64,000 nt of DNA. Origin: an uncultured delta proteobacterium (GTDB lineage Bacteria; Myxococcota_A; Polyangia; Polyangiales; Polyangiaceae). The translations under genes and the position numbers were made by a program. The notes below the pieces were generated by a model that saw only the letters and a list, made by a program, of their open reading frames with translations, had not been told where the DNA came from and searched no databases. Of the stretch, positions 35,451 to 46,472 are shown piece by piece. Position 1 is the stretch's first letter. Every line of letters begins with the position of its first letter. The stretch lies in the NCBI GenBank assembly GCA_963716725.1, contig CAVQUB010000015.1:1-64000 (forward strand), written 5' to 3'.

Positions 35451-37583
35451 ATGGACGCCCTTTGGCAGCGGGTGCTCGATCGACAACCCAGCGCTGTGGT
35501 CGGGGCCATGGCGGAGGAGCCGGCGCACGACCCACCGCTGGTAGTGATCCGCGTGGACTGCAAGGCGCACGCCGCCCCCCTGGGGGCGCTCTCCGAGCTG
35601 CGGGAGCGCGCCTGCCAAATCGCCGAGCCCTCATCGACGGCGCTGCTGGATCAGGCGGCGCAACGCGTCTGGACCGGGCTCCGGCGGCGGTTGTTGGGCG
35701 ACATGCCCGACCGAGATCCCGGCGCCGCGGTCGTCGAGGCTCTCAACCACCTGTGCGCGGAGGACACCCGCCCCATCGCCGTGGTGCTCGAGCGCGCCGA
35801 GGACCTCGATGCGGCGTCGGCTCTCGCGTTGGGCCATGTGCTCGAACGCCCCGGGTGGCTCCAGATCCCCGTCGTGCTGCACTTTCACGGCCCCGTCGCC
35901 GACGGGCAGGGTCAGCGCTTGCTCGATCTTCTCCGGCGGCACTACGGCGACGACTCCATCCTGGTGGGGGACGCGGCGGAGCTGGGGGCCAGCGTCCCAC
36001 CCCAGCGCGTCGAGCTGCCGGCCGACGTGAGACGCGTGATCCGTGCTGCGGCGGTGATCGGCCCGAGCTTCGAGGTCCCGCTGGTCGCGGCCCTGCTCGC
36101 AGAGCCCGAGTTCGACGTGCTCTACGCGTTGCAGATCGCCAAGGACCTCGGCGTTCCGCTGAGCGACGCGGGCGGCGGTCAGATGCAGCTCTCCGAGGCC
36201 TTCACCGAGGCCGAGCGCCGAGCGCTCTTGCCGTCGCTGTCGAGCGCCTGGCACAAGCGTCTCGCGCGGCTGCTCGCCGAGCGCGTGCGCTCGCGGCGCA
36301 GTGAGGCGTCGCCTCCATCGGCGAACCGATCGGCGGAGACTCGGTCGGAGGTTCCACCGCCACAGACCACTCCGCCTCCGCCCATGCCCCGCCCTTCGGC
36401 GCCACCGCCTTCGATGTCGGCCCAGCGCGCGCGCCCGGGACGCGCAGCGCGCCACGCCGAGGCGGCTGGCGACGTGGATCTGGCGGCGGAACAGTACGTC
36501 GCAGCCTCGCACCGCGCGGCCGAGGAAGGCGCGCACCAGCACGCGGTGGATCTGTCAAACCGGGCGCTGGAGTTGCTCGGCCGGACGGCGGTCACCTCCA
36601 AGCGGCGACTGCTCCGCGTGATGGCGCTCCTGGCGCAGGCTCGCGTGAAGTGGCGAGCGCAAGTCGAGGGCGAAGCGAGCGGGCTTTCCGATGCCCTCGA
36701 GCTCCTGGGAGAGTGCGGCGCGCGCCTCCTGCCCACCGATCCGGTGGAGTTGCGGGCGGAGGTCGCGGCGCTCTCCGCCGCGGTGCACTACGACATCGGC
36801 GACGCCGCCTCCCTCGACAAGGCGCTCGCGGAGCTGGGCGAGGCCAGCCACGCCTTGCTCGAGGCGGGCAAGCCCCTGGATGCCGCGCGCTTGCTCAACG
36901 ACGAAGCCGCCGTCTGGGTTCGCGCGGGCGATCCAGTGCGTGCTCATCACTTGTTGAAGAAGTCGCGGGAGATCTTCGCCGAGCGCGCGGAGGCCGATCC
37001 GGCCGCGCGCTTCGAGCTGGCCGAGACGGAACATCTGCTCGGGAGACTCGTGCTGCACGCGCCGCCCCGGCCAGGCCACGAGCGAGACGCCCTAGAGGTG
37101 GGCATCGAGCATGCGTCCCGCGCGGTGCCGGTGTTCCAAGCGCTCGACAAGCCGACGGAGTTGGGTCGGGTCTGGGAGACCCTGGGGCGCCTCGAGATGG
37201 CGGTGGGTCGCCCGCGCGAGGCCATCGATCACCTGGCCGCAGCCGCCGAGTTGCAGCAGCGCATCTTGGACGTGATCGGCTTGGCGCGCACCAGCGCGGC
37301 CCTCGCCGACATCGCCCGCGACGGCGGGGACTACGAACGCGCCATCGTGTTGCTCGGCGGATCCATCGAGCTGAACCTCGACAAAGGCTCGCCCCTCGGC
37401 CTGGCCTTCAATCGTCGCACGCTCGGGACGCTGCTCCGGCAGCTCTCGAGTTCCGAGCGTCGCGATCTGCACGACGAACTGTCGCGAGTGGCCCAGCGGC
37501 TCGAAGTAGCCGAGGGCGCCATTGGCCGTATCGATCTGCCCGAAGAGGCGCTCGGCATGCGCCACAGCCAGCGGCCCAAGTAG
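35451..37583 (+). CDS. TPR-like helical repeat protein with degenerate STAND/ATPase-associated N-terminal region
   Basis: AAVIGPSF motif, Pro-rich linker, ARHAEAAGD and helical repeats; no Walker A seen. Confidence 0.65.
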   Translation: MDALWQRVLDRQPSAVVGAMAEEPAHDPPLVVIRVDCKAHAAPLGALSELRERACQIAEPSSTALLDQAAQRVWTGLRRRLLGDMPDRDPGAAVVEALNHLCAEDTRPIAVVLERAEDLDAASALALGHVLERPGWLQIPVVLHFHGPVADGQGQRLLDLLRRHYGDDSILVGDAAELGASVPPQRVELPADVRRVIRAAAVIGPSFEVPLVAALLAEPEFDVLYALQIAKDLGVPLSDAGGGQMQLSEAFTEAERRALLPSLSSAWHKRLARLLAERVRSRRSEASPPSANRSAETRSEVPPPQTTPPPPMPRPSAPPPSMSAQRARPGRAARHAEAAGDVDLAAEQYVAASHRAAEEGAHQHAVDLSNRALELLGRTAVTSKRRLLRVMALLAQARVKWRAQVEGEASGLSDALELLGECGARLLPTDPVELRAEVAALSAAVHYDIGDAASLDKALAELGEASHALLEAGKPLDAARLLNDEAAVWVRAGDPVRAHHLLKKSREIFAERAEADPAARFELAETEHLLGRLVLHAPPRPGHERDALEVGIEHASRAVPVFQALDKPTELGRVWETLGRLEMAVGRPREAIDHLAAAAELQQRILDVIGLARTSAALADIARDGGDYERAIVLLGGSIELNLDKGSPLGLAFNRRTLGTLLRQLSSSERRDLHDELSRVAQRLEVAEGAIGRIDLPEEALGMRHSQRPK

Positions 37584-37593
37584 TCGCGCTGGC

Positions 37594-38283
37594 ATGATCC
37601 CAATCCTGTATCGAGACGACTCGCTCCTAGTCGTGAACAAACCTGCGGGCCTGTTGACGCACCGCAGCCACCTCGCGCCGGACACGGACGTGGCGATGAT
37701 GCGCGCGCGAGACACCATCGGCGCCCACGTGTGGCCGCTGCATCGCCTCGACCGCGGTACCAGCGGTGCGCTCGCCTTCGGCCTCGACGAGGACGCCGCA
37801 CGGGAATGGCAACGGCAGATCGAGGCGGCCACGATCCACAAGGTCTACGTCGCGCTGGTGCGCGGCGTGGCCCCGGAGGCCATCGTGGTAGATCACCCCG
37901 TGCCACGCAGCGAAGGTGGCGAGCGGGTCCCGGCGCTCACGGCGTTCAAGCGCCTGTGGGCGGGCGAGCACGTCTCGCTCATGGAGGCGCGGCCGACCAC
38001 CGGCAGGTTTCACCAGATCCGGCGCCACCTCTCGCACCTCCGGCACCCCATCGCCTGCGACTCGAACTACGGGACGGGCTGGTTCAACCGGAAGATCCGC
38101 GCGACGACCCCCCTCGCTCGACTGGGTCTTCACGCGCTTTGTCTCAGCTTTTCTCGGCCGGAAGGCGTCCGCGCGGTCCGGGCGCCGCTGGCCGACGACC
38201 TCGCCGGCGCGCTGCGGATGCTCGGCGTGCCGGACGAGCTGGTGAGCGAGCTCGAGGCGGGTGGGTGTAGCATCGGCGCATGA
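37594..38283 (+). CDS. Pseudouridine synthase (RluA/TruC family)
   Basis: VNKPAGLLTH, HRLDRGTSG and TGRFHQIRRH. Confidence 0.9.
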   Translation: MIPILYRDDSLLVVNKPAGLLTHRSHLAPDTDVAMMRARDTIGAHVWPLHRLDRGTSGALAFGLDEDAAREWQRQIEAATIHKVYVALVRGVAPEAIVVDHPVPRSEGGERVPALTAFKRLWAGEHVSLMEARPTTGRFHQIRRHLSHLRHPIACDSNYGTGWFNRKIRATTPLARLGLHALCLSFSRPEGVRAVRAPLADDLAGALRMLGVPDELVSELEAGGCSIGA

Positions 38284-39677
38284 GCGCGACTCGTTGGGCG
38301 GGACTCGGGCTGGCGGTCGCAATCGGACTCGCAACGTCGTCGTGCGGCGATGACGGTGACGGTGGCGGATCGTCCTCGACGGGAGGCACGGGCGCCGGGG
38401 GTGCCGGTGGGTCGGGCGGCAACGTGACGACCGGCGGCGCTGCGGGAGCCGGCGGTACGTCGACCGGAGGCGGCGGAGCGGGTGGCGCCAGCGGAGCGGG
38501 CGGTGCCGGCGGCAGCGGCGGAGGCGTGAGTTGTCTCGCGGGAGCGTTCCTGGCGGGCATCGGCAAGTCGAAGGTGTTGGTCGGCGCTGCGATGGAGGAC
38601 GACATCGCCAAGGCGGCGCCCTTCGATCTGCGCTACCAATACCTCGCCGGGGGCATCGCCGACGGTGCGGGGCCGTGCTCCAAGTGCGACACCGGTTGCA
38701 CGGTCGGCGGGACGAGTTGCGCAAACAGCGGCCCCGGTTGCGGGTGGTGGGGGTGTTGGCAGTACGACCAGGATCCGCCGGGCGCCTTCGTGCGCGGCTT
38801 TGTGGGCAAGGTGAAGGCGGACAAGCAGATCCCGATGATCACCTATTACGTGCTGCTTCAGGCCAGCGGAGTCGCCGAGGGCGCTGCCGAGGTGACCAAG
38901 GCGAACGACGCCAGCTTCATGGCGCGTTACTACGCGGACTTTCGCTTCGTGACGCAGCAGGTGGGGACCGACGTCGCGCTGCTGCACATCGAGCCCGACT
39001 TCTGGGGCTACGCCCAGCAGATCAACGACGACGCTACCAAGATCCCGGCGGCGGTCGCCAGCGCGAATCCGACCGACTGTGCCGCGTTGCCCGACACCAT
39101 CGCGGGCATGGGTCAGTGCATGATCGCGATGAGCAAGAAGTACGCGCCGAACGCCAAGGTCAGCCTGCATGCGTCGGGCTGGGCGACGAAATTCGACGTG
39201 CTCTTGAACAAGGACTCGGGCTTCGACGTGGCCGGGCACGCGGCCAAGCTCGGCAAGTTCATTGCGGCGGCGGGGCCCAACGCGGACTTCGTTACGGTCG
39301 ACGCCTCCGACCGCGACGCCGCCTGGTATGAGTCGCAGGGCCAAAACCGCTGGTGGGACGCGACCAACGCGACGCTGCCCAACTTCCACCAAGCCTTCGT
39401 ATGGGCCAAGGCGCTGGCTGAGAGCGCGAAGAAGCCCGTGCTCTGGTGGCAGCTGCCGGTCGGCAACATGAGCCTCACCAACAAGACCGATCAGTGGAAG
39501 GACAACCGCGTCGACTACTTGATGACCCACATGAACGAGGTCGCCGCGGCGCACGGTCTCGGGGTCGCGTTCGGATCGGGCATGGGCGGGCAGACCACCC
39601 CGAGCACCGACGGCGGAAACCTGGTGAGCAAAGTGAAGGCCCACGCCAGCGGCGGGGGGCAGGCCGCGTGCCCCTGA
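38280..39677 (+). CDS. Lipoprotein with Gly-rich linker and glycoside-hydrolase-like barrel domain
   Basis: Lipobox TSSC, RYQYLAGG, LHIEPDFWG and WWQLPVGN. Confidence 0.65.
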   Translation: MSATRWAGLGLAVAIGLATSSCGDDGDGGGSSSTGGTGAGGAGGSGGNVTTGGAAGAGGTSTGGGGAGGASGAGGAGGSGGGVSCLAGAFLAGIGKSKVLVGAAMEDDIAKAAPFDLRYQYLAGGIADGAGPCSKCDTGCTVGGTSCANSGPGCGWWGCWQYDQDPPGAFVRGFVGKVKADKQIPMITYYVLLQASGVAEGAAEVTKANDASFMARYYADFRFVTQQVGTDVALLHIEPDFWGYAQQINDDATKIPAAVASANPTDCAALPDTIAGMGQCMIAMSKKYAPNAKVSLHASGWATKFDVLLNKDSGFDVAGHAAKLGKFIAAAGPNADFVTVDASDRDAAWYESQGQNRWWDATNATLPNFHQAFVWAKALAESAKKPVLWWQLPVGNMSLTNKTDQWKDNRVDYLMTHMNEVAAAHGLGVAFGSGMGGQTTPSTDGGNLVSKVKAHASGGGQAACP

Positions 39678-39681
39678 GGGC

Positions 39682-40506
39682 TCAGGGGCAGTCCCACTTC
39701 GGCCCACTGTTATAGCGGCAGCGACAGTACGAGTTGCCGTAGACGCACACCGAACTGTACGCCGCGCACTGCGAGTCGTCGGCGGGCTTCGGCGTGGGGC
39801 AAGCGGCGCAATACCACTTGTCGTCGTAGTCCCTGCAACCGCAGACGGTGCTGGCGTACTTGCACACCAGGTTGCCGTTGTTGCACGCCACGCCGTTGCC
39901 TGGGGGCGATCCGGGACAGGTGCCGCACTTCCACGAGCCCCCCCAGCAGGAGCACTGGTTCGAACCGTATTTGCATCCCGTCACCGGCGTCGTGCAGCTG
40001 CCCGAGGGCTGGGCCACGGGGCACGCACTCACGCCCGTGCCGCCGCTGCCGCCGCTGGTGGTCCCGCCGCTGCCGCCGCTGGTGGTCCCGCCGCTGCCGC
40101 CGCTGGTGGTCCCGCCGCTGCCGCCGCTGGTGGTCCCGCCGCTGCCGCCGCTGGTGGTCCCGCCGCTGCCGCCGCTGGTGGTCCCGCCGCTGCCGCCGCT
40201 GGTGGTCCCGCCCGCACCTGCTGCCCCGCCGCTGCCGCCGCTGGTGGTCCCGCCCGCACCTGCTGCCCCGCCGCCGGTGGCCCCGCTGCTGCCGCCGGCG
40301 TCAGCTCCCGCGCTGCCGCCCGTTCCCGAGGTCCCGCCACTCCCCGACGCTCCGCCGGAGGCCCAGGCGCTGCCCGAGCCGGACGTGCCACCGCTCGTCG
40401 CTCCTCCGGAGCCGCCCGTCGCCGCGGAGCTGAGCTCGCCTTCGCCCGTCAGCCCGCAGGCGAAGGCGCCGATGAGTGCGAGTCCAGTGAGCCATACGCC
40501 TCGCAT
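39682..40506 (-). CDS. Gly-rich lipoprotein with three Cys-rich repeats
   Basis: Lipobox AFAC; GGTTSGGS repeats; CP...C...CxY...CxC...WxC three times. Confidence 0.75.
   Translation of the reverse strand: MRGVWLTGLALIGAFACGLTGEGELSSAATGGSGGATSGGTSGSGSAWASGGASGSGGTSGTGGSAGADAGGSSGATGGGAAGAGGTTSGGSGGAAGAGGTTSGGSGGTTSGGSGGTTSGGSGGTTSGGSGGTTSGGSGGTTSGGSGGTTSGGSGGTGVSACPVAQPSGSCTTPVTGCKYGSNQCSCWGGSWKCGTCPGSPPGNGVACNNGNLVCKYASTVCGCRDYDDKWYCAACPTPKPADDSQCAAYSSVCVYGNSYCRCRYNSGPKWDCP
40045..40212. repeat. 24-bp tandem repeat x7 (coding GGTTSGGS)
   Basis: gctgccgccgctggtggtcccgcc repeated. Confidence 0.9.
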
Positions 40507-40526
40507 GACTTCCCAGCTTACACCAT

Positions 40527-41375
40527 CTAGTCCGTCGGCGCGTCAGCGCAGCAGCGGAATCCGGTCTCGGGTCCATGGTACCAGGCGTCGTGTTTCGTTT
40601 GCGCGGCGCGGCAGTGGTTCCGGCTCGGCTGCCAGTACGCGCCCTTCATCGCTGGCTCGGTGGGGCCTAGCCCGCGTGGATCGCGCGCGACCATCTCTTC
40701 GACGTTGCCCGCCATGTCGCGCACTCCGAAGGGGCTCACGCAGCGCGGGTGTGAGCCCGGCGGGACGCGGTGGTCGATCAGCTTGCCCTCCGGCGTCACC
40801 AGATCGCGTCGATCCGCGTTGCAGGCGCTGGCATCGCGACTGAGGCCATAGGGGTAGGGGAGCATCTCAGGGCCCTCGCAGGCGAAATTCCACTCGCTCT
40901 CGCGGCACACCCGCTTGCCCTCCGCGGCGCATTGCTTCTCGGCCATGCGCAGGCTCACGTGGTTGTCCGGCAGCGTCTCGCCCTGCTTCACGTGCTCGTC
41001 GCGGTCGATGCAGAAGCGCATTGGCCGCCGCTGGGATGACAGGCACTTCGAAGGCGCATATTCGGCGCAGCGGAAGCCGCTGAAGCGGCCCTTCTTCCCG
41101 TCCAGATCACGCACACACCTCTGCTCGACCTTGGGGCAGTAGTCGCCCACGGCGAGCACCATGCCGGTCGGGCAGGTCGCGGCCGGCGCGGTCGCGGGCG
41201 CTTCGGCCAACTGGGTCATCAGGCCGGGAGCCGGGGTCGTGGGCGTGGGATCCGCAGGAGGCTCGGCGGGGGCCGGCGCGGTCGAGCGAACACCGAGCCC
41301 GACGTTCGCCAGGGCGAGCGCGAGGAGAGACACGACGGCGGACCAGGGCGCCAGGGTCCGAAGCAGACTGAGCAT
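40527..41375 (-). CDS. Formylglycine-generating enzyme (SUMF1/FGE-sulfatase) domain protein, secreted
   Basis: CPTGMV, FCID, EWNFACEG, DMAGNVEE and GFRCC. Confidence 0.85.
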   Translation of the reverse strand: MLSLLRTLAPWSAVVSLLALALANVGLGVRSTAPAPAEPPADPTPTTPAPGLMTQLAEAPATAPAATCPTGMVLAVGDYCPKVEQRCVRDLDGKKGRFSGFRCAEYAPSKCLSSQRRPMRFCIDRDEHVKQGETLPDNHVSLRMAEKQCAAEGKRVCRESEWNFACEGPEMLPYPYGLSRDASACNADRRDLVTPEGKLIDHRVPPGSHPRCVSPFGVRDMAGNVEEMVARDPRGLGPTEPAMKGAYWQPSRNHCRAAQTKHDAWYHGPETGFRCCADAPTD

Positions 41376-41585
41376 CGAGCTCGGTTCCCTTTCAAACGGC
41401 GTTCCAGGCCAGGGTAACACGACAAATGCCCGAAACCACTCGGTCGGCGATTTCTGCGTGCGCCAACCTGGCAGCAGGGGGTGCGGTCCGCTGCCCTCAG
41501 GTCGCGGGGTGCGGCCCACATTGCTCGGACAAACTGGGTCCGACCCGGGCGGCCTGGGATGGCGGGGCCGTGATATGCCGCCTCG

Positions 41586-42854
41586 GTGACGCCGATCAAG
41601 ATCGTCCACGCCGCCGATCTGCACCTCGACAGTCCGCTCAGCGGTCTCGAGCGGTACGAAGGCGCGCCGGTGCATCGGATCCGTGGCGCGACGCGGGCGG
41701 CCCTGGTCAACCTGGTGGAGCTCGCGCTCGATGAAGCGGCTTCGCTCGTGCTGCTGGCGGGCGACCTCTTCGACGACGACTGGAAGGACTACTCGACGGC
41801 GCTGTTCTTCCGGGCGCAGATGCGGCGCCTCGCGGACGCGCAAGTGAACGTGGTGTGGCTGCGCGGCAACCACGACGCCGCGAGTCAGCTCCAGAAGCAC
41901 CTCGACTTGCCCAAGACCGTGGTCGAACTCCCGTACAAGCAGGCCGACAGCAAGATCTTCGAGCAGCTCGGGGTCGTGGTCCACGGTCAGGGTTTCGCCA
42001 CCCGTTCCGTCGTCGACAACCTCGCGCTGTCCTATCCGGAGCCGCTTTCGGGCATGCTCAACATCGGCCTCTTGCACACCAGCGTCACCGGTCGCGAAGG
42101 GCACGCGCCCTATGCTCCCTGCGTGCTGTCGGACTTGGTGAACAAGGGCTACGACTATTGGGCGCTCGGTCACGTGCACCAGCGAGAGGTGCTCTGCGAG
42201 GACCCCTGGGTGGTGTTCCCCGGCAACATGCAGGGGCGCCACGTGCGCGAGCCTGGGGCCAAGGGGGCGACGCTGATCGAAGTTGTGGACGGCCGCATCA
42301 CCTCCGTCGAGCACCGCGCGCTCGACGTGGTGCGCTTCGGGATTTGCCGCGTCGACGCCAGCGCCGCGCGCAGCATGGACCAGGTGTTGGGCTCGGTGCG
42401 TGACGCGCTCAGGGCCGAGGTCTCGGCTGCGGAAGGTAGACTCGTGGCGTCGCGAATCGTGATCGAGGGCGCGACGGAATCCCACGGGGAGCTGGCGCGG
42501 GATCCAGAGCGCTTCGTCGCCGAGATCCGCGCTTCGGCCAGCGAGATCGGCGGCGACGATCTGTGGATCGAAAAGATCTGCCTGCTCACCCGGGACGTGA
42601 TCGATCTCGGCCACGTTCGCCTGCGCGATGACGCGATCGGACAGGTCTTCCGGGGGCTCTCCAGCCTGCGCGAGAGTGACGCGGGGAGGGTCGAGCTGGC
42701 GGCTGAACTGGCGACGCTCGGGAGCAAGCTGCCGCCGCCGCTCAGGAGCGGGCCTCTGGCGCTGGGCTGGGAAGCGTCGGCGGGCCTCGATGCGCTGCTC
42801 GACGACGTCGAACAGCTGTTGCTCTCCCGCCTGGCTCACGCGGGTGAGCCGTGA
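41586..42854 (+). CDS. Mre11/SbcD-like DNA repair exonuclease (YhaO-like)
   Basis: HAADLHLD, AGDLFD, GNHD, HT and ALGHVH. Confidence 0.92.
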   Translation: MTPIKIVHAADLHLDSPLSGLERYEGAPVHRIRGATRAALVNLVELALDEAASLVLLAGDLFDDDWKDYSTALFFRAQMRRLADAQVNVVWLRGNHDAASQLQKHLDLPKTVVELPYKQADSKIFEQLGVVVHGQGFATRSVVDNLALSYPEPLSGMLNIGLLHTSVTGREGHAPYAPCVLSDLVNKGYDYWALGHVHQREVLCEDPWVVFPGNMQGRHVREPGAKGATLIEVVDGRITSVEHRALDVVRFGICRVDASAARSMDQVLGSVRDALRAEVSAAEGRLVASRIVIEGATESHGELARDPERFVAEIRASASEIGGDDLWIEKICLLTRDVIDLGHVRLRDDAIGQVFRGLSSLRESDAGRVELAAELATLGSKLPPPLRSGPLALGWEASAGLDALLDDVEQLLLSRLAHAGEP

Positions 42855-45800
42855 GGTTGCTCGAGCTCGGGCTCCTGCGTTTTGGCGGATTCACCGACCA
42901 CACGCTGGATCTCTCGGCGCCCGGGCTCCACCTCGTGTTCGGCAGAAACGAGGCGGGCAAGAGCACCGCGCTTCGCGGCATCACCTCGCTCCTGTACGGC
43001 TTCCCGCACGGGCGCGCCGACGCCTACCTGCACGACGAGGTCTTGCTCTCGGGTCGCGTGCGAGCCGAGGACGGCGCCGAGCTGTCGTTTCAGCGGCGGA
43101 AGGGCCGCAAGAACACCTTGCTCTCATCCAGCGGCGAGCCCATCGACGAGACCGGCTTGTCGCGCTTGCTCGGCGGTGTGAGCCGGAGCGTCTTCGAGAC
43201 GACCTTCGGTCTCGACCACGAGCGCTTGCGTCGGGGCGGCCAAGATCTCGCGCTGGGGGGCGGCGAAGTGGGGCAGAGCCTGTTCGATGCGGGCATCGGC
43301 GGCGGTAGCGTCAAACGGGTGCTCGATGAGTTGGCCGCGGAGGCCGAGCGGCTGTTCACTCCGCGCTCGCGCACCCGTGGGATCAACGAGGCCCTGCGCG
43401 AGTACGCGGACCAGGTGAAGGTCGTGCGCGCCGAGTCCACGCGTCCGGAGGCCTGGGCTCAACAGAAGCAGGCCCTCGAGTTGGCGAGTGTCGAGCTCGG
43501 CGAGATCAACGTGCGTCGAGCAGACCACAAGCGGCAGCTCGCGGCAGCGCAAGAGCTGGTGAAGGTGCTGCCGCTGCTAGCGCGACGTGAGGCAGCCCAG
43601 CGCGAGCTCGCGGACGTCGCGACCGCGCGGCTGCTCCCGGACGACGCCGAGTCGCGCCGCACCGCGGTCGAGCGCGAACTCGATTCGACGGAGCACGACC
43701 TTCGGGAGGTCGACAGGCAGATCGCGGGGTTCGATGGGGAGCTGATCGAGGCTGTCGTGTCCGACCAGCTGCTCTCGCTCGACGAAGCGGGGGCCGACGC
43801 GCTGCAGGCACGCCTCGGGAAGTATCGAGGCGACCGCGCCGACTTGGGAAAGCGCAGGGGGGAGCTGATCGCCTCGGAGGCTTCCGTCCGCCGACGCCTC
43901 CAGTCCCTCGGGCGCGGCTCGGACGCAGAGGCGCGATCGCTCGTCCCCCAGCGCGCAGAGGTGGCTCGCGTCAAGGCCCTCGCGCGCGAGCGGGCCCGAC
44001 TCGAGGCCGAGCTCGAAGCAGGGAACGAACGCGTGGCCGAAGCGGGCCTCGCGGTGGCCGAGCAGGAGGCGGCGGCGGTCGCGGCTCCCTCCGAGCTGTC
44101 CGATCTGGGCGGTAAGCCCGGGCTTCTCGAGCAGGATCTGCCGGGCATCGCGACCGTCGACGAGTTTTCCCGTTGCTTCGTGCGCCTGGAGCGGGAGCGT
44201 GACAAGTGGGCCGAGCGAAAGGCCGCGATCGAGAGCGACGCGGCTCAGGCGCGCGCCGAACTCTCGGAGCTCCAGCTGGCCGGCGAGGTTCCCACCGAAG
44301 CCGAGCTGCGCAGCGTGCGTGCGGAACGCGAGATCGCTCTCGCGTCGCTGAGGCAGGCCGTCCACGCGGGCGACGCTGGCGTCGCGGACGAGTTTGCGAA
44401 GCTCGAGCGACTGCAGCGCGCGGCGGACGAGGTAGCGGACAGGTTGCGGCGCGAGGCCGAGCGAGTGGCGCGCTTCGCCGCCAGCGAGGCCAAGCGCATC
44501 AAGGCAGCGGAGGGCATGGAGTCGCTCGGCGAAAAGCACGCGGCTCTCGACGCCGAGCGAGCCGCGGCCGAAGCGCAGTGGCGGGCGCTCTGGGCCGGAG
44601 TCGAAATCCCAGATCCGTTCGCCCGCCGAGATGCGCGGCCTGGTCGATGGCTGGCTCAAGGCTCGCGAGCGCCGTCGCGAGAGCCTGGTCTTGCTGGCTC
44701 GCTCGCGCGCAAAGCACGCGGCGGCGGTCGATGCTCGGACCGAACAAGAGCGCGCGCTCGACGCTTGGCGGGCGCGCTGGGCGGAAGCGGTCTCGTGTTT
44801 GGGCCTCGGCGGCGACGCGGTGCCCGAAGAGGCAGATGAGATGCAGACCGCGCTCGGAGAGCTGGCCTCCGAGCTCGACGTCTGCGAGGGACTTCGTCAC
44901 CGCGTCCGCGGAATGGACCAAGACTGCGAGAGCTTCGAGCGCGACGTCGTCGATCTGACCCGGCGGCACCTGCCGGAAGCCGGGGTCTCTGCTGGCGAGG
45001 GAGTCGAAGCCGTCGCCACGATGCTGATCCAGCGCAGCCGGGCGAACCGCGCGGCTCTGAACAAGCGCGAAGACCTCGAGGCGCGCCGTGCTGCTGCGGT
45101 GGATCGTGCGAGTGAGCTTCGAGCGAGGAGCGAGATCCTCGAAGGCGAAGTCGCGGGGCTGATGCGCGCAGCGGGGGTCTCGGAGCGCGCCGAGTTGCCC
45201 GCCGCGGAGGCTGCGTCGACCAAACGTCGCCGAGCGGAGGCCGATCTGAAGCAGATCGATGCAGAGCTGCGCGAGGCCTGCGGCACGGCGAGCGTCGAGG
45301 CGGTGCGTGATCGAGCGCGGGACGTGAGCCTACCCGATGCGCGCGCGCTCGTCGCGGAGCTCGAAGACGCGCTCCACGAGATCGATGGCGCGCGGGACGG
45401 CGTGCGTGACCGTGTGCAGGCGCTCAGCTCGGCCTCGAGCGGTACGACGACCGGCAGAGCGCCGCCGATGCGCAGGTCGAAGTCGAAGCGCTCTTGGCTC
45501 GGATCCGCAGCGATGCCGAACGCTGGGCGCGGGTTCGGGTAGCGTGGCGCGTACTGCACGGGGAGGTCGAACGTTATCGGGCGACCCACCAGGCTCCGCT
45601 CCTCGAGCGCACGAATCAGCTTTTCCCGCGCCTGACCGAGGGCCGGTATCGACAACTCGCCGTGGATCACGACGCCGAGCCCCCGGTGCTCGAGGCGGTC
45701 ACGGCCGACGGCGCCCGTGTTCCCATCGCGCTCCTCAGCGAGGGCACTCGGGATCAGCTCTATTTGGCCCTGCGCCTCGCGAGCCTGGAGCACTACTCCA

Positions 45801-46042
45801 CCGCCAGCGAGCCGCTGCCGCTGTGCCTGGACGACGTGCTGATCAACTTCGACGATCCGCGCTCGCGGGCTGCACTGGGCGTGCTCTCGGAGGTGACCTC
45901 GCGCGTCCAGGTGCTGCTCTTCACCCACCACGAGCATGTGGTCGCGGCGGCCAGGGACGTGCTTTCTGCGGGCAGCGTGACGGTGCACGAGCTTGGGCGC
46001 CGGGAGCCCGTGCCGGAACCGACCCGGGCGCAGCCAGCCTGA
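42851..46042 (+). CDS. SMC/Rad50-like coiled-coil ATPase (YhaN-like), frameshifts ~44620 and ~45430
   Basis: GRNEAGKST, long coiled coil, LSEGTRDQLYLALRLA, LDDVLINFDD and FTHH. Confidence 0.9.
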
Positions 46043-46154
46043 GATCCGCCCTGTCAGGTGCCGGCAGAGTGCGTCGCCGGCAAGTGCGTCGTGCCCAGCG
46101 CCAGCGCCTGCCCAGCCAACTGACCGGTTGGCGCTGCGCCTTGCAGTGCGCCGG

Positions 46155-46472
46155 CTACGGCACACCGCTCTGGTAGAGCTTGCGCACGTGCTCGACGGCG
46201 GTGTTGAAGCGCAAGCGAAACTGTTGAGTGAAGGCGCCGGCCTCGTAGAGCTTGTGGGACGACTGCCAATCGGCTTCGTCGACCGCGATCTCGGAGTGGT
46301 GCGGCAGCGCGCCAAGCTCGGGCCGCACGAAGCGCGAGGGCAGCTGGCTCAGGGACTCGGCCAGCTTGGAAGTGACGCTCCCCATCCGGTCCCGCGATCC
46401 CTGGGCGTAGCGACCCGAGAGCACGCGCCCGTTCCAGGTCTCGATGGCCGCCGCCGCGGCCTGAACCTTCAC
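46155..46472 (-). CDS. Hypothetical protein
   Basis: GTGA overlap with the upstream pentapeptide gene; no motif recognised. Confidence 0.4.
   Translation of the reverse strand: MKVQAAAAAIETWNGRVLSGRYAQGSRDRMGSVTSKLAESLSQLPSRFVRPELGALPHHSEIAVDEADWQSSHKLYEAGAFTQQFRLRFNTAVEHVRKLYQSGVP

Noticed and set aside
40045..40212. CRISPR array
   Set aside because: Tandem in-frame coding repeat with no spacers; same for 62623-62766; no cas genes seen.
41376..41585. Riboswitch in the divergent intergenic region
   Set aside because: Some GC hairpins, but no recognisable aptamer consensus.
40527..42839. 770-aa minus-strand ORF
   Set aside because: The N-terminal part is the antisense shadow of the exonuclease; only 40527-41375 has family motifs.
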